This document shows positions 26,047 through 39,015 of a stretch of 64,000 nt of DNA, piece after piece (positions within the stretch are counted from its first letter, which is position 1; each line of letters opens with the position of its first letter). The notes beneath the pieces are model-generated. The model did no database searches, had not been told where the DNA came from, and saw only the letters and a program-made list of their open reading frames with translations. This DNA is from Eledone cirrhosa. Its lineage: Eukaryota. The position numbers and the translations under genes were made by a program. The DNA is taken from the NCBI GenBank assembly GCA_964016885.1, contig OZ024747.1:47182001-47246000 (forward strand), written 5' to 3'.

Positions 26047-26874
26047 CATATGGCCCTTAAAGCGATGAAATGCCTGGGACGGTTGGAGGGTCACTGATGA
26101 AGAACTCACTTTTTCATATGCACCACCATTTGCAACGGGCAGCCATCATTATTATCATATTTACACATAATTTTTCTTCTGCTGCATTCCGTCCGTTTCG
26201 TCCTTTGTACCTTTACCCTTTCTCGTTCTTTGTACCTTTTACCCTTTCTAGCAGTCTCTCTCTCTGTTAGCCTCCTCCTCAACTTTCACTCACTCATTCT
26301 CTGTCACTACCTCTCCTCCTCCTCTTTCCTCCTCCTCCTTCAAGTTTGACCTGTGTGAAATTCTTTTCTCGCGCATCCTGGTCAAGCTGGTATGGAATTT
26401 TTTTTCTCTCTCTCTTTCGTCTGCGACTTCACAAAACTTATGTTTACCGAATTCGTAGACCAGACCCCTTCTTCTTCTTCTTCTTCTTCTTCTTCTTCTT
26501 CTTCTTCTTCTTCTTCTTCTTCTTCTTCTTCTTCTTTCCCCCCCGTTAGACTTGTGCGAAATTCCTCCCTTTCTCACATTTCAACCAGGTTTGATGGTCT
26601 TTTGTCTCTTGTTCACGATTTCACCGAGTTTATATTCATAGAGATCTGGGACTTGTCTATTTCTTCTCACTTTCCGTTGCTTAAACCATTTTGTTTGTTA
26701 CCCTAACGTCCCCTTTATTTACGTGTCCCAACGACTTTTTTTAGCCGTTGTTCGCACCAACCTGAGGCATATGGCCCTTAAAGCGATGAAATGCCTGGGA
26801 CGGTTGGAGGGTCACTGATGAAGGACTCACTTTTTCATATGCACCACCATTTGCAACAGGCAGCCATCATTATT

Positions 26875-26882
<8 letters not shown>
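26044..26882. mobile_element. Non-coding element with ~117-bp direct terminal redundancy (period 721 bp)
   Basis: 26044-26160 is nearly identical to 26765-26882; internal (CTT)n; flanked by (TA)n; only a degenerate HHR-like motif at ~26757-26807. Confidence 0.6.
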
Positions 26883-26924
<42 letters not shown>

Positions 26925-26927
<3 letters not shown>

Positions 26928-27091
26928 ATAATAATAAATTTGAAGACTAAAATCCAAAGAGGGCTCGATAAGGATAAATATATATCAAATATATAAGAAC
27001 CGTAGAGCAAATATTTACTAAAATAACAGATTAAAGTTTAAGCAAAGAATCGCTGGTCTCACCCTTAACGGGATCTTCTGAAAACTTATTA

Positions 27092-27097
<6 letters not shown>
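26925..27097 (-). mobile_element. Dispersed pLTR-like fragment (family F); second copy 42345-42546 is fold-back
   Basis: Near-identical to 42345-42490; degenerate HHR cagaaga-tccc gttaa gggt-gaga on the minus strand. Confidence 0.55.
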
Positions 27098-27130
<33 letters not shown>

Positions 27131-27337
27131 GTATAATAAACAATACAATATAATTACCTCATTACCAGAGGTTTCCCGAATAAGACGAATACAAGAAACG
27201 TCCTCATTCGTTCGTCAGACAAAGCAATTTATAACATAGTCTATGTTTATATTGCCTTGTCTGACGAACGATCGAGGACGTTTCTTGTATTCGTCTTATT
27301 CGGGAAACCTCTGGTAATGAGGTAATTATATTGTATT

Positions 27338-27890
27338 CATATGTAGATGTACCGAGTTTTTCACTGGTCACTTTACTGTGAGTGTCCAGCTATTCTGTAT
27401 GTAAACACACAGACAAACCGGTTTTTAGAGTCATACTGGTTTTTTAGGAAACACCTTTCCTCTATTCTCCAGAAAGCCAGACAAGGAATATTGAACTAGT
27501 TTCGATGTTGTTACATCTCATCAGCAATATTTACCTATCTTCCGGCCTCTCTAGAGAATCGTAAAAGCACATATCGTTATATGCTTTTTCTATGAAAATT
27601 AGTAGTGGGCAGACTAATTTGCATAGAGCGTGAGTACGTACCGGTTCAATGGAGACGATAAAAACAAATAACGAAACGAAATTAAATTTCGTTTCGTTAA
27701 TAACTCACTTTTGTATGACTGACGCTTAGACAATTAAGTTAAAAATGTACATCCACATATGTATACTGAAAATACTAGTATTTCAGTATATATATGTGGA
27801 TGTACATTTTTAACTTAATTGTTTAAGCGTCAGTCATACAAAAGTGAGTTACAAACGAAACGAAATTTAATTTCGTTTCGTTATTTGTTT
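27338..27890 (-). mobile_element. HHR element family B (distant relative of the 466-bp unit) with fold-back
   Basis: 12-bp TSD ttatattgtatt (27326-27337 / 27891-27902); inverted repeat centred ~27778; HHR 27487-27531; octamer 27617-27624. Confidence 0.75.
27487..27531 (-). ncRNA. Minimal type I hammerhead motif
   Basis: Minus strand: aatattg-CTGATGA-gatgt aaca acatc-GAAA-ctag-TT-caatatt. Confidence 0.8.
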
Positions 27891-27990
27891 TTATATTGTA
27901 TTGTTTATTATAATTAAATTTAGCTCTGTAACTTACATAGAGCACTCTTCACTCCTATGACTTTTTCAATTTTCAACGGAAACTTCAATA

Positions 27991-28045
<55 letters not shown>

Positions 28046-28294
28046 CACGAGATTTGGAAACTTCTAACATATTAAAATGTCGAACATGTACCGTGCCGTT
28101 ACAGTAACACTAATATCAACACTATCAACACCAGTAATGGCACTATCATCAACACCAACACAAATATTATCACTAACTCTAGTAATAATAACAAAATCTA
28201 CGTGACTTAAAAAGACAAATACAACGTATGAGACAACATCTCTCTCTTCTCCTCTCCCTGACTGTCTATATATTTGTTTCTATGTGCATGTGTT

Positions 28295-28378
<84 letters not shown>

Positions 28379-28424
28379 TATATGTTCATACATATACAAA
28401 CATACATATGTATATTAAACACAT

Positions 28425-28484
<60 letters not shown>

Positions 28485-28541
28485 TCACTGATACCCACCC
28501 TTATACACATGTATATGCGGGGAACACACGCACACAAACAT

Positions 28542-28573
<32 letters not shown>

Positions 28574-28619
28574 CCAGACACACAAACGTAGCCATGCACA
28601 CATATATACATTTACATTA

Positions 28620-29200
28620 GGAATAACACGCAGGGGTGAAGTAAAATGGCTTCCATTCATTGTAAGGAAGCCAAACCGTCTGACAACGTCCAGTCTGCTG
28701 GAAGGTGCCAACTTTGTCTTAAGTGACAACATCTCCCTCTGTCTCTGGGTCGTTAGTATTTCTTTGTTCACAGATTGTAAATCAGATATTCTTACTTCTT
28801 AACAGTTCTGTTGGCACGTAAGGCCAAATTCATGGTGAAAACAACAACCGTTCTAATAACTAAGCGTTCAAGAAAAAGTGGTGGTAGGGAGGTGAGGACT
28901 GGAAAAATACATAATCTTGCTTCTGATTTCAGTGTATTTTAAAAACAATATCATTGTTGATAGTTTAACCTTACTAAGTGTAGATATCTTCCATTGTGTC
29001 TTTACAAACTGGTGTTCGTTTTTTCCTTCTTTTTGAGTATTAAGTGAAATAGTGTCCTTCAAAATATACTTTTTTTCGTCCGCTAGAACGGGAACAATTT
29101 CTGCAAAACACGTATACATAGTTTCACAGAAAAGGCCTTGTAGTTATATAGGAGTTATCTTCGAAGAGCTAGGAGAAGAGCTGATTCTGTAAAGGGTTGT
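28620..29200 (-). mobile_element. Highly decayed LINE remnant, possibly RTE endonuclease end
   Basis: Fragmentary LNTQKEGK and RTVVVFTMNLALRANRTVKK resemble the RTE post-APE region; weak. Confidence 0.3.
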
Positions 29201-29639
29201 GTGACTTATTTAATCGGCAATGTGTAAACAAAGAGAATGAAACAAAAGCCAAACATTAGCTCACTAGAACAACATGACTTTCGATTGACCAACCACTTCC
29301 AAGTAACAGAAATCGAATGACCAAACAATTGAACAGAGTGGACAAAAATCATTTTGGACCAGCCTGATATGACGACAAGATGAAAATGCATCAAGAGAAA
29401 TCAATTGCGGGGTTAACGAAAACTAACACTGAAATATATATTTACAATATTATACATAGATACTACATACACACACATATATATCTTCTTATTCTTCTCT
29501 ATTTCCCTCTTTATATTTTGGTCCACGTCCCCGAACGAAGGGCCAGTTTAAAAGTGCCTCCTCCAATATACAGTGGTGCCTTTGTCAGGACCCCGAAACG
29601 AATGATAGCGCAAGTGTATGAAACTTTGTTTATCCTAGG

Positions 29640-29731
<92 letters not shown>

Positions 29732-29743
29732 TGTCTGTCTGTC

Positions 29744-29774
<31 letters not shown>

Positions 29775-29776
29775 CT

Positions 29777-29900
29777 ATGAGGGAGCTACAAAAAGTTCGT
29801 GGAAAAAGGATAGTTAGAAAAAACGGTTTATTTTTCAACATATGCTCCATCTAGGTCAATATACTTCTGCTGCAAGCGTTGATACCACCAGCTTCAACTG
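29777..29900 (+). mobile_element. Mariner-like terminal fragment
   Basis: TA-tgagggagctacaaaaagttcgtggaaaa...ggtttatttttcaacatatgctccatctaggtcaatatactt resembles mariner 5' ends. Confidence 0.5.
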
Positions 29901-29940
29901 ATAGAAAATGGGTACCTTTTAATGTATATATATATATATA

Positions 29941-30221
29941 TAAAAACAAATAACGAAACGAAATTAAATTTCGTTTCGTTTGTAACTCACTTTTGTATGA
30001 CTGACGCTTAAACAATTAAGTTAAAAATGTACATCTACATATGCATACTGAAATACTAGTGTGCATATGAATACACACACGTATACATATGTAGGTGTAA
30101 CAAGTCTTTCACTGGTTGCTTTACTGTGAGCAACCCAGCTATTCTGTATGTAAACACACAGACAAACCGGTTTTTAGAGTCACACTGGTTTTCGAGGGAA
30201 CATCTTCCCTCTATTCTCCAG
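29941..30221 (-). mobile_element. Circularly permuted partial copy of family B
   Basis: 29941-30060 matches 27659-27779 and runs, via a ~26-bp linker, into sequence matching 27338-27472. Confidence 0.75.
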
Positions 30222-30558
30222 TATATATATATATGTTATATATCGGGCAGTAAATGGAAAACAAATTACACATTCTCACTTGGCCTTACGAGACATAACT
30301 CGTATGGCACAGTAGTACCACAATATATCTTTTGTACATTCATCTTTATATACATAGTTCTTTGCGTAACAATAGGAAAGTACTTAAATTAAGGTAATAT
30401 CAGTCTATAAAATGATTGATTACATTTGGCACAAATTTGTATGAGAACGCCTAGTCTATTGAATCGTACCACTACTTTATTACAACGTAATTGAACGTCC
30501 AAAAATAGAACAAATGTAAATGAATTGGGCTTTTGTAATATATACATGAATATATATA

Positions 30559-30685
<127 letters not shown>

Positions 30686-30689
30686 TATA

Positions 30690-30758
<69 letters not shown>

Positions 30759-30812
30759 ATATATATATAAATATATATATATATAAATATATAATATATA
30801 TATAAATATATA

Positions 30813-30926
<114 letters not shown>

Positions 30927-30947
30927 ATAGATATAGATATAGATATA

Positions 30948-31050
30948 TACGGTGTGTCCCCAAAATGTATACATACTTTGATTACCTGTAAAGGGCAATA
31001 TTAATTAGAATGCTGTTGAAGTGTGACTACATTTATTTGGGACACCTTGT
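30948..31050. mobile_element. Tc1/mariner-type MITE
   Basis: Reverse-complement homologue of 6540-6640; TA-flanked. Confidence 0.65.
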
Positions 31051-31054
31051 ATAC

Positions 31055-31091
<37 letters not shown>

Positions 31092-31193
31092 CGTATATGA
31101 TAAGCGAAACCGTCGGTCACAGCACTAGAACAGGTGAATATTTAAATCGTATTTTAATTTATTTAAAAGATTGTTTAATGTTTACTTGTTCCG

Positions 31194-31260
<67 letters not shown>

Positions 31261-31617
31261 TGTCTCATACACTTAACATGCATGTGCGACAAATGGTTTT
31301 GGGAACCAGTTATAGCCACCAGTGTATATTTGTCCTCGTGACCGACAAGGGGTCACTTTGGAAGCGCCTCCTCCAATATACAATGGTGTCCATGACTGGA
31401 CCCCAAAAGTAATGTGTGTGTGTGCGCGTGTGTGTGTGTGCGCGCGCGAGCGCCTTCTCCAAATCTTTATATGTCGTATCAAAGTTCTGACAATTCTCAC
31501 ACACACCTCATTTAACACGTCAATTAAGGTGTTCAATTTTGAAAGTTTATTTAATGTAAAATAATATTAACAATAAGAGAGTATTGAAGTTTGCTTGAAG
31601 CATTGTGGAATAATAAG

Positions 31618-32080
31618 ATATATTTTCTTTAGGTCGTTTTAGAAGCCTCAACAATGCAGATGGGTAATTCGCCGGGTAACAAGATCCGGTGGTGAAGAGA
31701 GAGATGTATAGTGTGTAGAAGAACGTAGGAAAGAGCGTAAAAAATAAAAATAATAACACGAGATAGAGTTACCTTGGGAGAGATTTAATTGTCCCTATAT
31801 ATTTCGGATTCACATCCATCAACTGGGGGGGGGGGTCCCGGGGGGGGGGTATCTGTCGGAAAGGTATGGATGTGAATCCGAAATATATAGGGACAATTAA
31901 ATCTCTCCCAAGGTAACTCTATCTCATGTTATTATTTTTATTTTTTACGCTCTTTCCTACACACTATACATCTCATTCTACATTCACTTACATCTCTCTC
32001 TTCACCACCGGATCTTGTTACCCGGAATATTACCCATCTTCATTGTTGAGGCTTCCAAAACGACCTAAAGAAAATATATA
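31618..32080. mobile_element. Large fold-back pLTR-like element with degenerate HHR motifs
   Basis: ~200-bp inverted arms (31618-31819 / 31866-32080) around a poly-G spacer; tgga tgtgaa tcc-GAAA-tata-TA-ggg. Confidence 0.6.
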
Positions 32081-32344
32081 ATATTAACAATGTTCTGAAC
32101 TCTCTTTTCATATTGATTCTTCCTACTACAAATTCAGGATTGAATATAAAATCGAAATTTCTCAGCAGAACAATTCTAAATTCTTCTAAGAGGACCAGGT
32201 ATTCTTACAGTTCTCTAATTGTATATTGTTGTTAGTGAGTTTGTTCGTTCGTTTGTTTGTTTGTTGTTGTTGTTGTTTTATTTCATTGTTAAATGGCGTA
32301 AGCTTGATTGTTCAATGTATTAATTAAAGGATTAATATAATAGT

Positions 32345-32556
32345 TTCTTATATAGACATAAAGCCAGCAATTTTGGGGGAGGGCAAAATCGATTAAATCA
32401 ACCTCAGTTCGTGACTGGTACTTTATTTTATCGACGCCGTAAGGATGAAAGGCAAAGTTAACCTCGGCGGGATTGGACTCAGATGGTAAAGGGTCGTAAC
32501 TCTATGCTGCAAAGCATGGTGTCTAACCCTCTACCGATGCTGCCAATCCACCGCCC
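32345..32556 (-). mobile_element. tRNA-derived SINE
   Basis: SINE consensus. Confidence 0.85.
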
Positions 32557-32689
32557 TTTTACAGAATTTAAATAATAAACAGAAAGAGAAAAAAATAGAA
32601 AACAGGGATGATTATCTAATGAAAACCCGGAGAGAAGACGGGATGAAAAATGGGGGAAACTCTACACCATGTCTAGGCGGTACAGTTTA

Positions 32690-33250
32690 GTTGTGCCAGT
32701 GGGGCATGTTTGCAAAAGCATTACTGCAGAAAATAGTCAGCGGCACCTGTTGCATCAGCCATTCCACTTCATTGAGCTCCTTCTTAAGGCGAGATGCACT
32801 TCTCCGATTTTTATGACAATAGCAGTTTGTGGACCGAAAATAACGAGGGTTTCGACAGAAAATTTAGTGATGGGTTAAGTCCTGATATCTGGTTATCTTC
32901 CGCTCCTCTGCGTTTCAGGCGACAATGCCAAGGTTTGTGATCGAAGCGACTTCATTGTAGATAGCATGCATTTCACTGAGTATTTAGTTTTTCTTTAGCT
33001 GTGATAAATAAGTTTTATGATAAAAAATAGTGTATCTAGGACTACATCATAAAATTGTACCGTAAATGTTTAAGGATATTACGATATAATTTGAGAAATA
33101 TTTCGCTGCTGTTCCGATGATGTGTTCGAGTTGTTAGAACAAGGGAACAGCCTGTTTGTGAAATTAACGAGTAAATAGCTGAACATTCCACAGATACGTG
33201 TTCCCTTAACGAAATTCTCAGCGGATTCAACGCGAGACAGTGTGTTAAAG
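32690..33250 (-). mobile_element. Decayed CRE-clade (restriction-like endonuclease) retrotransposon 3' remnant
   Basis: Across frames: AEERKITRYQDL...SVETLVIFGP...EWLMQQVPLTIFCSNA, matching the CRE C-terminal pattern AE..K..KY..L...P.AVETLG.FGP...QR.S.AIQRGNA as I recall it. Confidence 0.55.
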
Positions 33251-33682
33251 GAATGGCTCTTTGAACTACAGCTAAATTACTGGATATATCTACAGTTAGG
33301 AAACCTAAAATTAAATTCAGTTAGACATAGGGAAAAAAAACAAGGAACTTCACTTGAATACAAGAAAGATGTGTACATGATAATGTTAAGATGCTGTACA
33401 TAGACAGCATCTTTTTAGGAAACCATATGGAACACAATTCCTCTATGACTGTTTTCTGTATCGATCTTTGTCTCTCCCTCTATTCATGTCTATGTGTGTA
33501 TTCTTGTCTATGTGTGCACATGTGGCTTTGTGTGTTTGTATGGGTAAATGTCTATGTGTATTTAATGTTTAATATTGGATACAATAGCGATTACTATTAA
33601 ATAAAATTAAAACATGATAATGGCATCGCTGATGTAGAAAATTACATCCCGAAATGGCAAATAATACCAAATCTTAATATTA

Positions 33683-33713
<31 letters not shown>

Positions 33714-33777
33714 CAAGAGCGGGAAACTAATAAACCTTTGTTTGTACTGCCTCTCTGTTTTGTTCCCGTTCCATTTT

Positions 33778-33816
<39 letters not shown>

Positions 33817-34203
33817 TACAAGTGCGTGAGTGTGTGTGTGTAGGTTTGTGTGTATATATATATATGTATATTTTCCTTAGTCATGTGAATGCGTATCAAG
33901 GAATTGTCTAATATTATGGAAATTTCGAGATATTATGTGTATTTTACTATATGAAACCAAATACTGAAATTTAACGTAAGCCTGGACAAAAGTTAAGTCA
34001 AATAAAATGAGAAAGAAATGAGAGACTGAGAGAAATGAGAAAGTTCAGGGAAACCTTAGAATTATTCATTTCGTTGATTGTTAACGTGATTAAATTTGAA
34101 GCTACATAATCTCTCCTTCTAAATTAAGTATTTTCTTGAAGTGTGTGGGGGTCCGTCAAAAGCGAGTGCTAGCTTGAAACTAGAGGAAAGATAGAAATCA
34201 TGT

Positions 34204-34291
<88 letters not shown>

Positions 34292-34340
34292 CACACACAC
34301 ACACATATATACATACACATACTCACACACACATATATAT

Positions 34341-34371
<31 letters not shown>

Positions 34372-34760
34372 TACACACACACACATATATATATACACAC
34401 ACACACATACACACACATATACACACACACACACATATATATACACACACACACATATATATATACACACACACACATACACACATATACACACATATAT
34501 ATATACACACACACACATATATATATACACATACACACACACACATACACACACACATATATATATATACACACACACACATACACACACATATACACAC
34601 ACATATACACGCACACACAGACACACACACACACGCACGCACTATAAATTACAAATGTTAGTAGTGTGAGGAATATATTTACTGTTGGTTCGGAGGAGGA
34701 GGAATGAGGAGGAAAGTTTGAATGTATATTATTTCTTTTTATATTAGAGATAAACAACAA

Positions 34761-35190
34761 GAGCGGTAGATTGCCAGTATCGGTAGAGCATCTGACAACA
34801 TGCTTTATGCCATAGAGTTAGGGCCCTTTACGATCTGAGTTCAAATCCTGATGAGATTAACTTTGCCTTTCATCCTTACGGAGTCGATAAAATAAAGTAC
34901 CAGTAATGTACTAGGGTTTATTTAATCGACTTTCCCCTTCGTCCAAATTACTGGCCTTGTACCTATACTAGAAATAATATTAGAAACAAGGGGTGGTAGA
35001 TTTGCAGAATCGGTAGAGCATCGGACAAAATGCTTCGCCACGTTTCTAAAGTTTCTTATACGTTCTAAGAGGTCAACTTTGCCTTTTATTCTTCTGAAGT
35101 TGATAAAATAAAGTAACAATTAAGTGTTGTGGTTGATTTAATCAACTTTGCCCTTCCCCGAAATTTGCTCGCCGTGTGCCTATATTATAA
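34761..35190 (+). mobile_element. Two adjacent SINE copies (34761-34978, 34990-35190)
   Basis: Each has an A-box-like tt(g/t)gcag..tcggtagagcatc and the central gccttt(c/t)at(c/t)ctt...gataaaataaagta domain. Confidence 0.8.
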
Positions 35191-36048
35191 ATCAGTATTA
35201 AAGATACCGATACTGATTGGTTCATAGGTAAATACATGCATGCATGTATAAATAGAGAGAGAGAGCGCAGTGAGAAATATGTTGTCGTATCAAACCTTGT
35301 TAATAAGATAAAGTAACAATCAAGCCCCGTGGACTATTCAATCGACTGCTTCCGTTGTCCGCGGCAATCCCTTTGCATTTTCCTCCACAGAACACAGCCG
35401 AAACATCATTCTGACTTAAGTGTAAAATCTGTCACTCTCCTTTCTTTTGTCGATGCCTAATAATCCTTGCTCTTTCCATCCCTTTCCTTTCATTTATAGC
35501 ATTTATAGTCCTTTCCAAAGCTACTCTCTTTTTCTATGTTTGACTAAATATTAAATTCTAAATTATTTTTATGTAATTTTATCCTAAATATTTAGTGTCT
35601 GATTAATTAAAAACAAAATCTTGAAACAATATTTCCAGCTATCTATATTGTCAGCATATTTGTTTTGGAAAAAATGTGAATTTTGGTATTATGTAGTTTC
35701 ATGTACATCGTTTATTTTGATATAAAAATGTGTATATATATATGTATGTGTGTGCGTGTGTGTGTATGTGTGTATGTGTGTATGTGTGTGTAAAAATCTA
35801 CTAAAATGTCTGTTAAAAATGTTAATGCTAAACAATTCCTATTCTCTATTAGTATTTTTGTTTCCTATAAAAATGTATTGTGTATTGTGTTACTAGGAGA
35901 AGAAAAGGGTTAATATATATTCATTAAGCTTTTAGACAACCATGTAACCTGCCTACTTCATTCTACACTCGTTAAAATAAATTGTGTATGCGTTAGTAGT
36001 GAACGTAACAGATACAGTATGCCTTTGAGAAGATCGAGGAGTGTACAT

Positions 36049-36525
36049 CAACTATCTGATGTGGCGGACCGGCATTTTTTTTTCAATGTGTCACGTACCG
36101 CTAATATTTCGTAGTAATATTAATTTATACCGGAAACGATATATAAAATGAATATAATAAAAGTTGACCATTTTTTATCTTCTATTTATTTTGTAAACAA
36201 ATAATACAATATCAAAACATATAAAAAAAGTAATAAAAAAAATAACAAGCAGTTTATTAACACAAAAATAAAAATTATATAACCTTAATCTTTACTAGTG
36301 TGAAAGGTGAGCTTGCTTCTTCTTTGTCAGTTTATCCAGTCGTGGTTCAATTGAGGACAGTGCCACGTTCAATGGAGAATGAATATCCATATTATTCCTG
36401 TACTTTATCTTAATAACCAATTCCTCAAATGATTCCTTAGCATGGCCTGGACACTGGCCACGTACCGGTAGCTGATGGTTCGCGTACCGGCACTGGTCCG
36501 CGGACCACCACTTTGAGTAGCACTG
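36049..36525. mobile_element. hAT (Charlie-like) non-autonomous element
   Basis: 8-bp TSD gtgtacat (36041-36048 / 36526-36533); right TIR ...ctttgagtagcactg; left TIR degenerate. Confidence 0.7.
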
Positions 36526-37525
36526 GTGTACATGATGTTATAGCTATCTAAATGGTGGTATCTTGAAATGTATTTTCTAGCATCTACAGTAAAAAAAATA
36601 AGACAGAGGGTACGAATAATAATCTACATAATGGAAGCTTGGTGCGCTTTTAATCTATAATACTCATTATGAAACACTATACTAGTAAACACCGAAGCTT
36701 GTATGCGGTTGTTTGACATACTAGAAATAGCAGTCAAAAGTACATAAACTCCACAGTATTATAACAGGACACATTGCATGATGTCTCCCTAGATATACTA
36801 TGTGTGAATAAAAGAAAGTATGGTCATGATTGGAATATTTTGAGTGTAGGTATGTACAATAATGACTAATCTATGTCAAAACCTATCAACAACAATAATA
36901 TTCCGTTTTACTCTTCCTGCCATCTACACGAAAACATCCCGAGGGTTATTTCTGAAAGGAAATTCATGCTTTAACAACTATATTATATAAAAATCTAAGA
37001 CAGTTTCCAAGTACTAAGACTATAATAGGTGCCTCGAGTATTACGGATGACATTTGTGAAGTACCAGACATCCACTACTATTTGAAGATGTCTGACTGTG
37101 CAACTAAAGCAATATGTCATACATTTACAATATTATTCATAGAAGCAAATTAGATTAAAATACTTTAGTTAAGAATATAATTGATACAAAACTACTTTTG
37201 GAAATTAAAGCTACTTAATGACGCCTCTAATCCATTTTTAGTATATATGAAATCAATCATTTCAAATTATTAAGTATATATATCACTGAAAGAGACATAC
37301 ATACACGAAACCATAACTTCCTATTAATAAAACAATAATTAAAACACTATAAGTTACTTATAATATATATAAAACTATGGCATTCTATTCTATCTACCCC
37401 TTCGCCATACATAAATGAATATAGTATTTAATGGCGTGAATGTCCGAAAGATTTAGCGTAGATGATAGTTTCTCTGGTCGATTTATTCATGTACCTATTT
37501 CACATACTTCAATAAAGTTCTAGAT

Positions 37526-37815
37526 CAGTGATGGGCAACCTGCGGCCCGCAAAACTTTCTGAATGGCTCGCCTAAGCCACCTAAGTGAAATCTTTCTGAT
37601 TCTTTTACCCCAACTTTTCAGTCGTAATTTATCTTTCTATCATTTTTACAATCGAGGAAAACAACGTGTACGAATTCTGAAGAAACAAATCAAAACAACC
37701 TGAGTTACCGCCCTTTTTTTAATGTGGGCTCGAATCTAAATTAACGCCTGCGGCCCGCTTGATGATGAGCCATATCTCATGCGGCCTGCTTCTCGAAAAA
37801 GGTTGCCCATGCCTG
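37526..37815. mobile_element. hAT MITE
   Basis: TIRs cagtgatgggcaacct / aggttgcccatgcctg; 8-bp TSD ttctagat / ttccagat; subterminal gcggcccgc repeats. Confidence 0.85.
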
Positions 37816-38289
37816 TTCCAGATGAAAAACATAGCAGATAAAACTTTTTTTTTTCCTGCCATCTATAGGGAAGATCCTCGTATGTCTTGTATTCTTGATC
37901 AACAATCTCAAAAGACTATATCACTATATCAGCTAAACAAAGCAGCTTCTGCCAAATGTAGTTGTGACATATGACTAGAAACACAAGAAAAACACCTGGA
38001 AATATGTAGAGACACCCCATAAACATTAGCTTTGACTTTTGTGAATACGTATGGTCTCATCCATATTGCTAAGAGAATTTAAATACCTAAAAACTTAAAA
38101 TTAAAACATTGACAAAAGCTACTTACATGTATTTATAGATCGATCGAGAAGTCAGTATTTTATATAAAAAATAGCGGTTGATTATGGGATCAGTTAGGAG
38201 ATGGACAAAATAGTTAAATCCCTTTGAGCTCTGGGTTGGAATCCTGTATGTATCAAGTTTGTTTCCGGACTACTCTGAGATCGGTTTAA

Positions 38290-38645
38290 ACGATTGTGTA
38301 CTCCTCACATCATACAGAATTACTGGGATCAAATTAATGGATTGTGTACTCTCCACAGCACACAGAATTACTGGGATCAAATTAATTGATTGTGTACTCT
38401 CCACAGCACAGAATTACTGGGATCAAATTAATGGATTGTGTACTCTCCAGATCACAGAATTATTAGGATCAAATTAATTGATTGTGTACTCCCCATATCA
38501 CACAGAATTACTAGGATCAAATTAATGGATTGTGTACTCTCCATGGCACCCTGAATTACTGGGATCAAATTAATGGATTGTGTACTCTCCACAGCACACA
38601 TAATTACTGGGATCAAATTGATTATGTACTCCCCACAGCACACAT
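38290..38645. repeat. Minisatellite, ~48-bp unit x ~7
   Basis: gaattactgggatcaaattaatggattgtgtactctccacagcacaca repeated. Confidence 0.9.
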
Positions 38646-38857
38646 AATGAAATGCTGTGCTAATTCTAGATATGTTGTTAATTTGCTAAACAAGCACATT
38701 TCAGCCACGTTTCCTGCAAATATTTCACCAACATATTGAATTATCTGGTATTATAGTGCTAAATCATAAAAATACTTTTATTGAATATTAGGTCTTTTTC
38801 TTCTATAGTCATCTGAACGTCTAAGACTTATAGGTGTGTTTCTTTAGGGCATTATTT

Positions 38858-39015
38858 CGGACGCCATGCTTTGCAGCAAAGAGTTACGGCCCTTTATGGT
38901 CCGTGTTCAAATCCCGCCGAGGTTAACTTTGCCTTTCATCCTTACGGGGTCGATAAAATAAAGTACCAGTAATGCACTGGGATAATTGCTGGCCTTGTGC
39001 CAAAAATAGAAATAA
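38858..39015 (+). mobile_element. tRNA-derived SINE, 5'-truncated
   Basis: SINE consensus. Confidence 0.85.

Larger units (their letters stand above)
27130..27990 (+). mobile_element. Fold-back PLE 3' terminus (family C) interrupted by a family B insertion
   Basis: Inverted repeat 27142-27337; continuation 27892-27990 matches 58712-58810; HHR at 27255-27322. Confidence 0.75.

Noticed and set aside
38290-38645. 48-bp repeat as a CRISPR array
   Set aside because: Contiguous minisatellite with no spacers and no cas genes.
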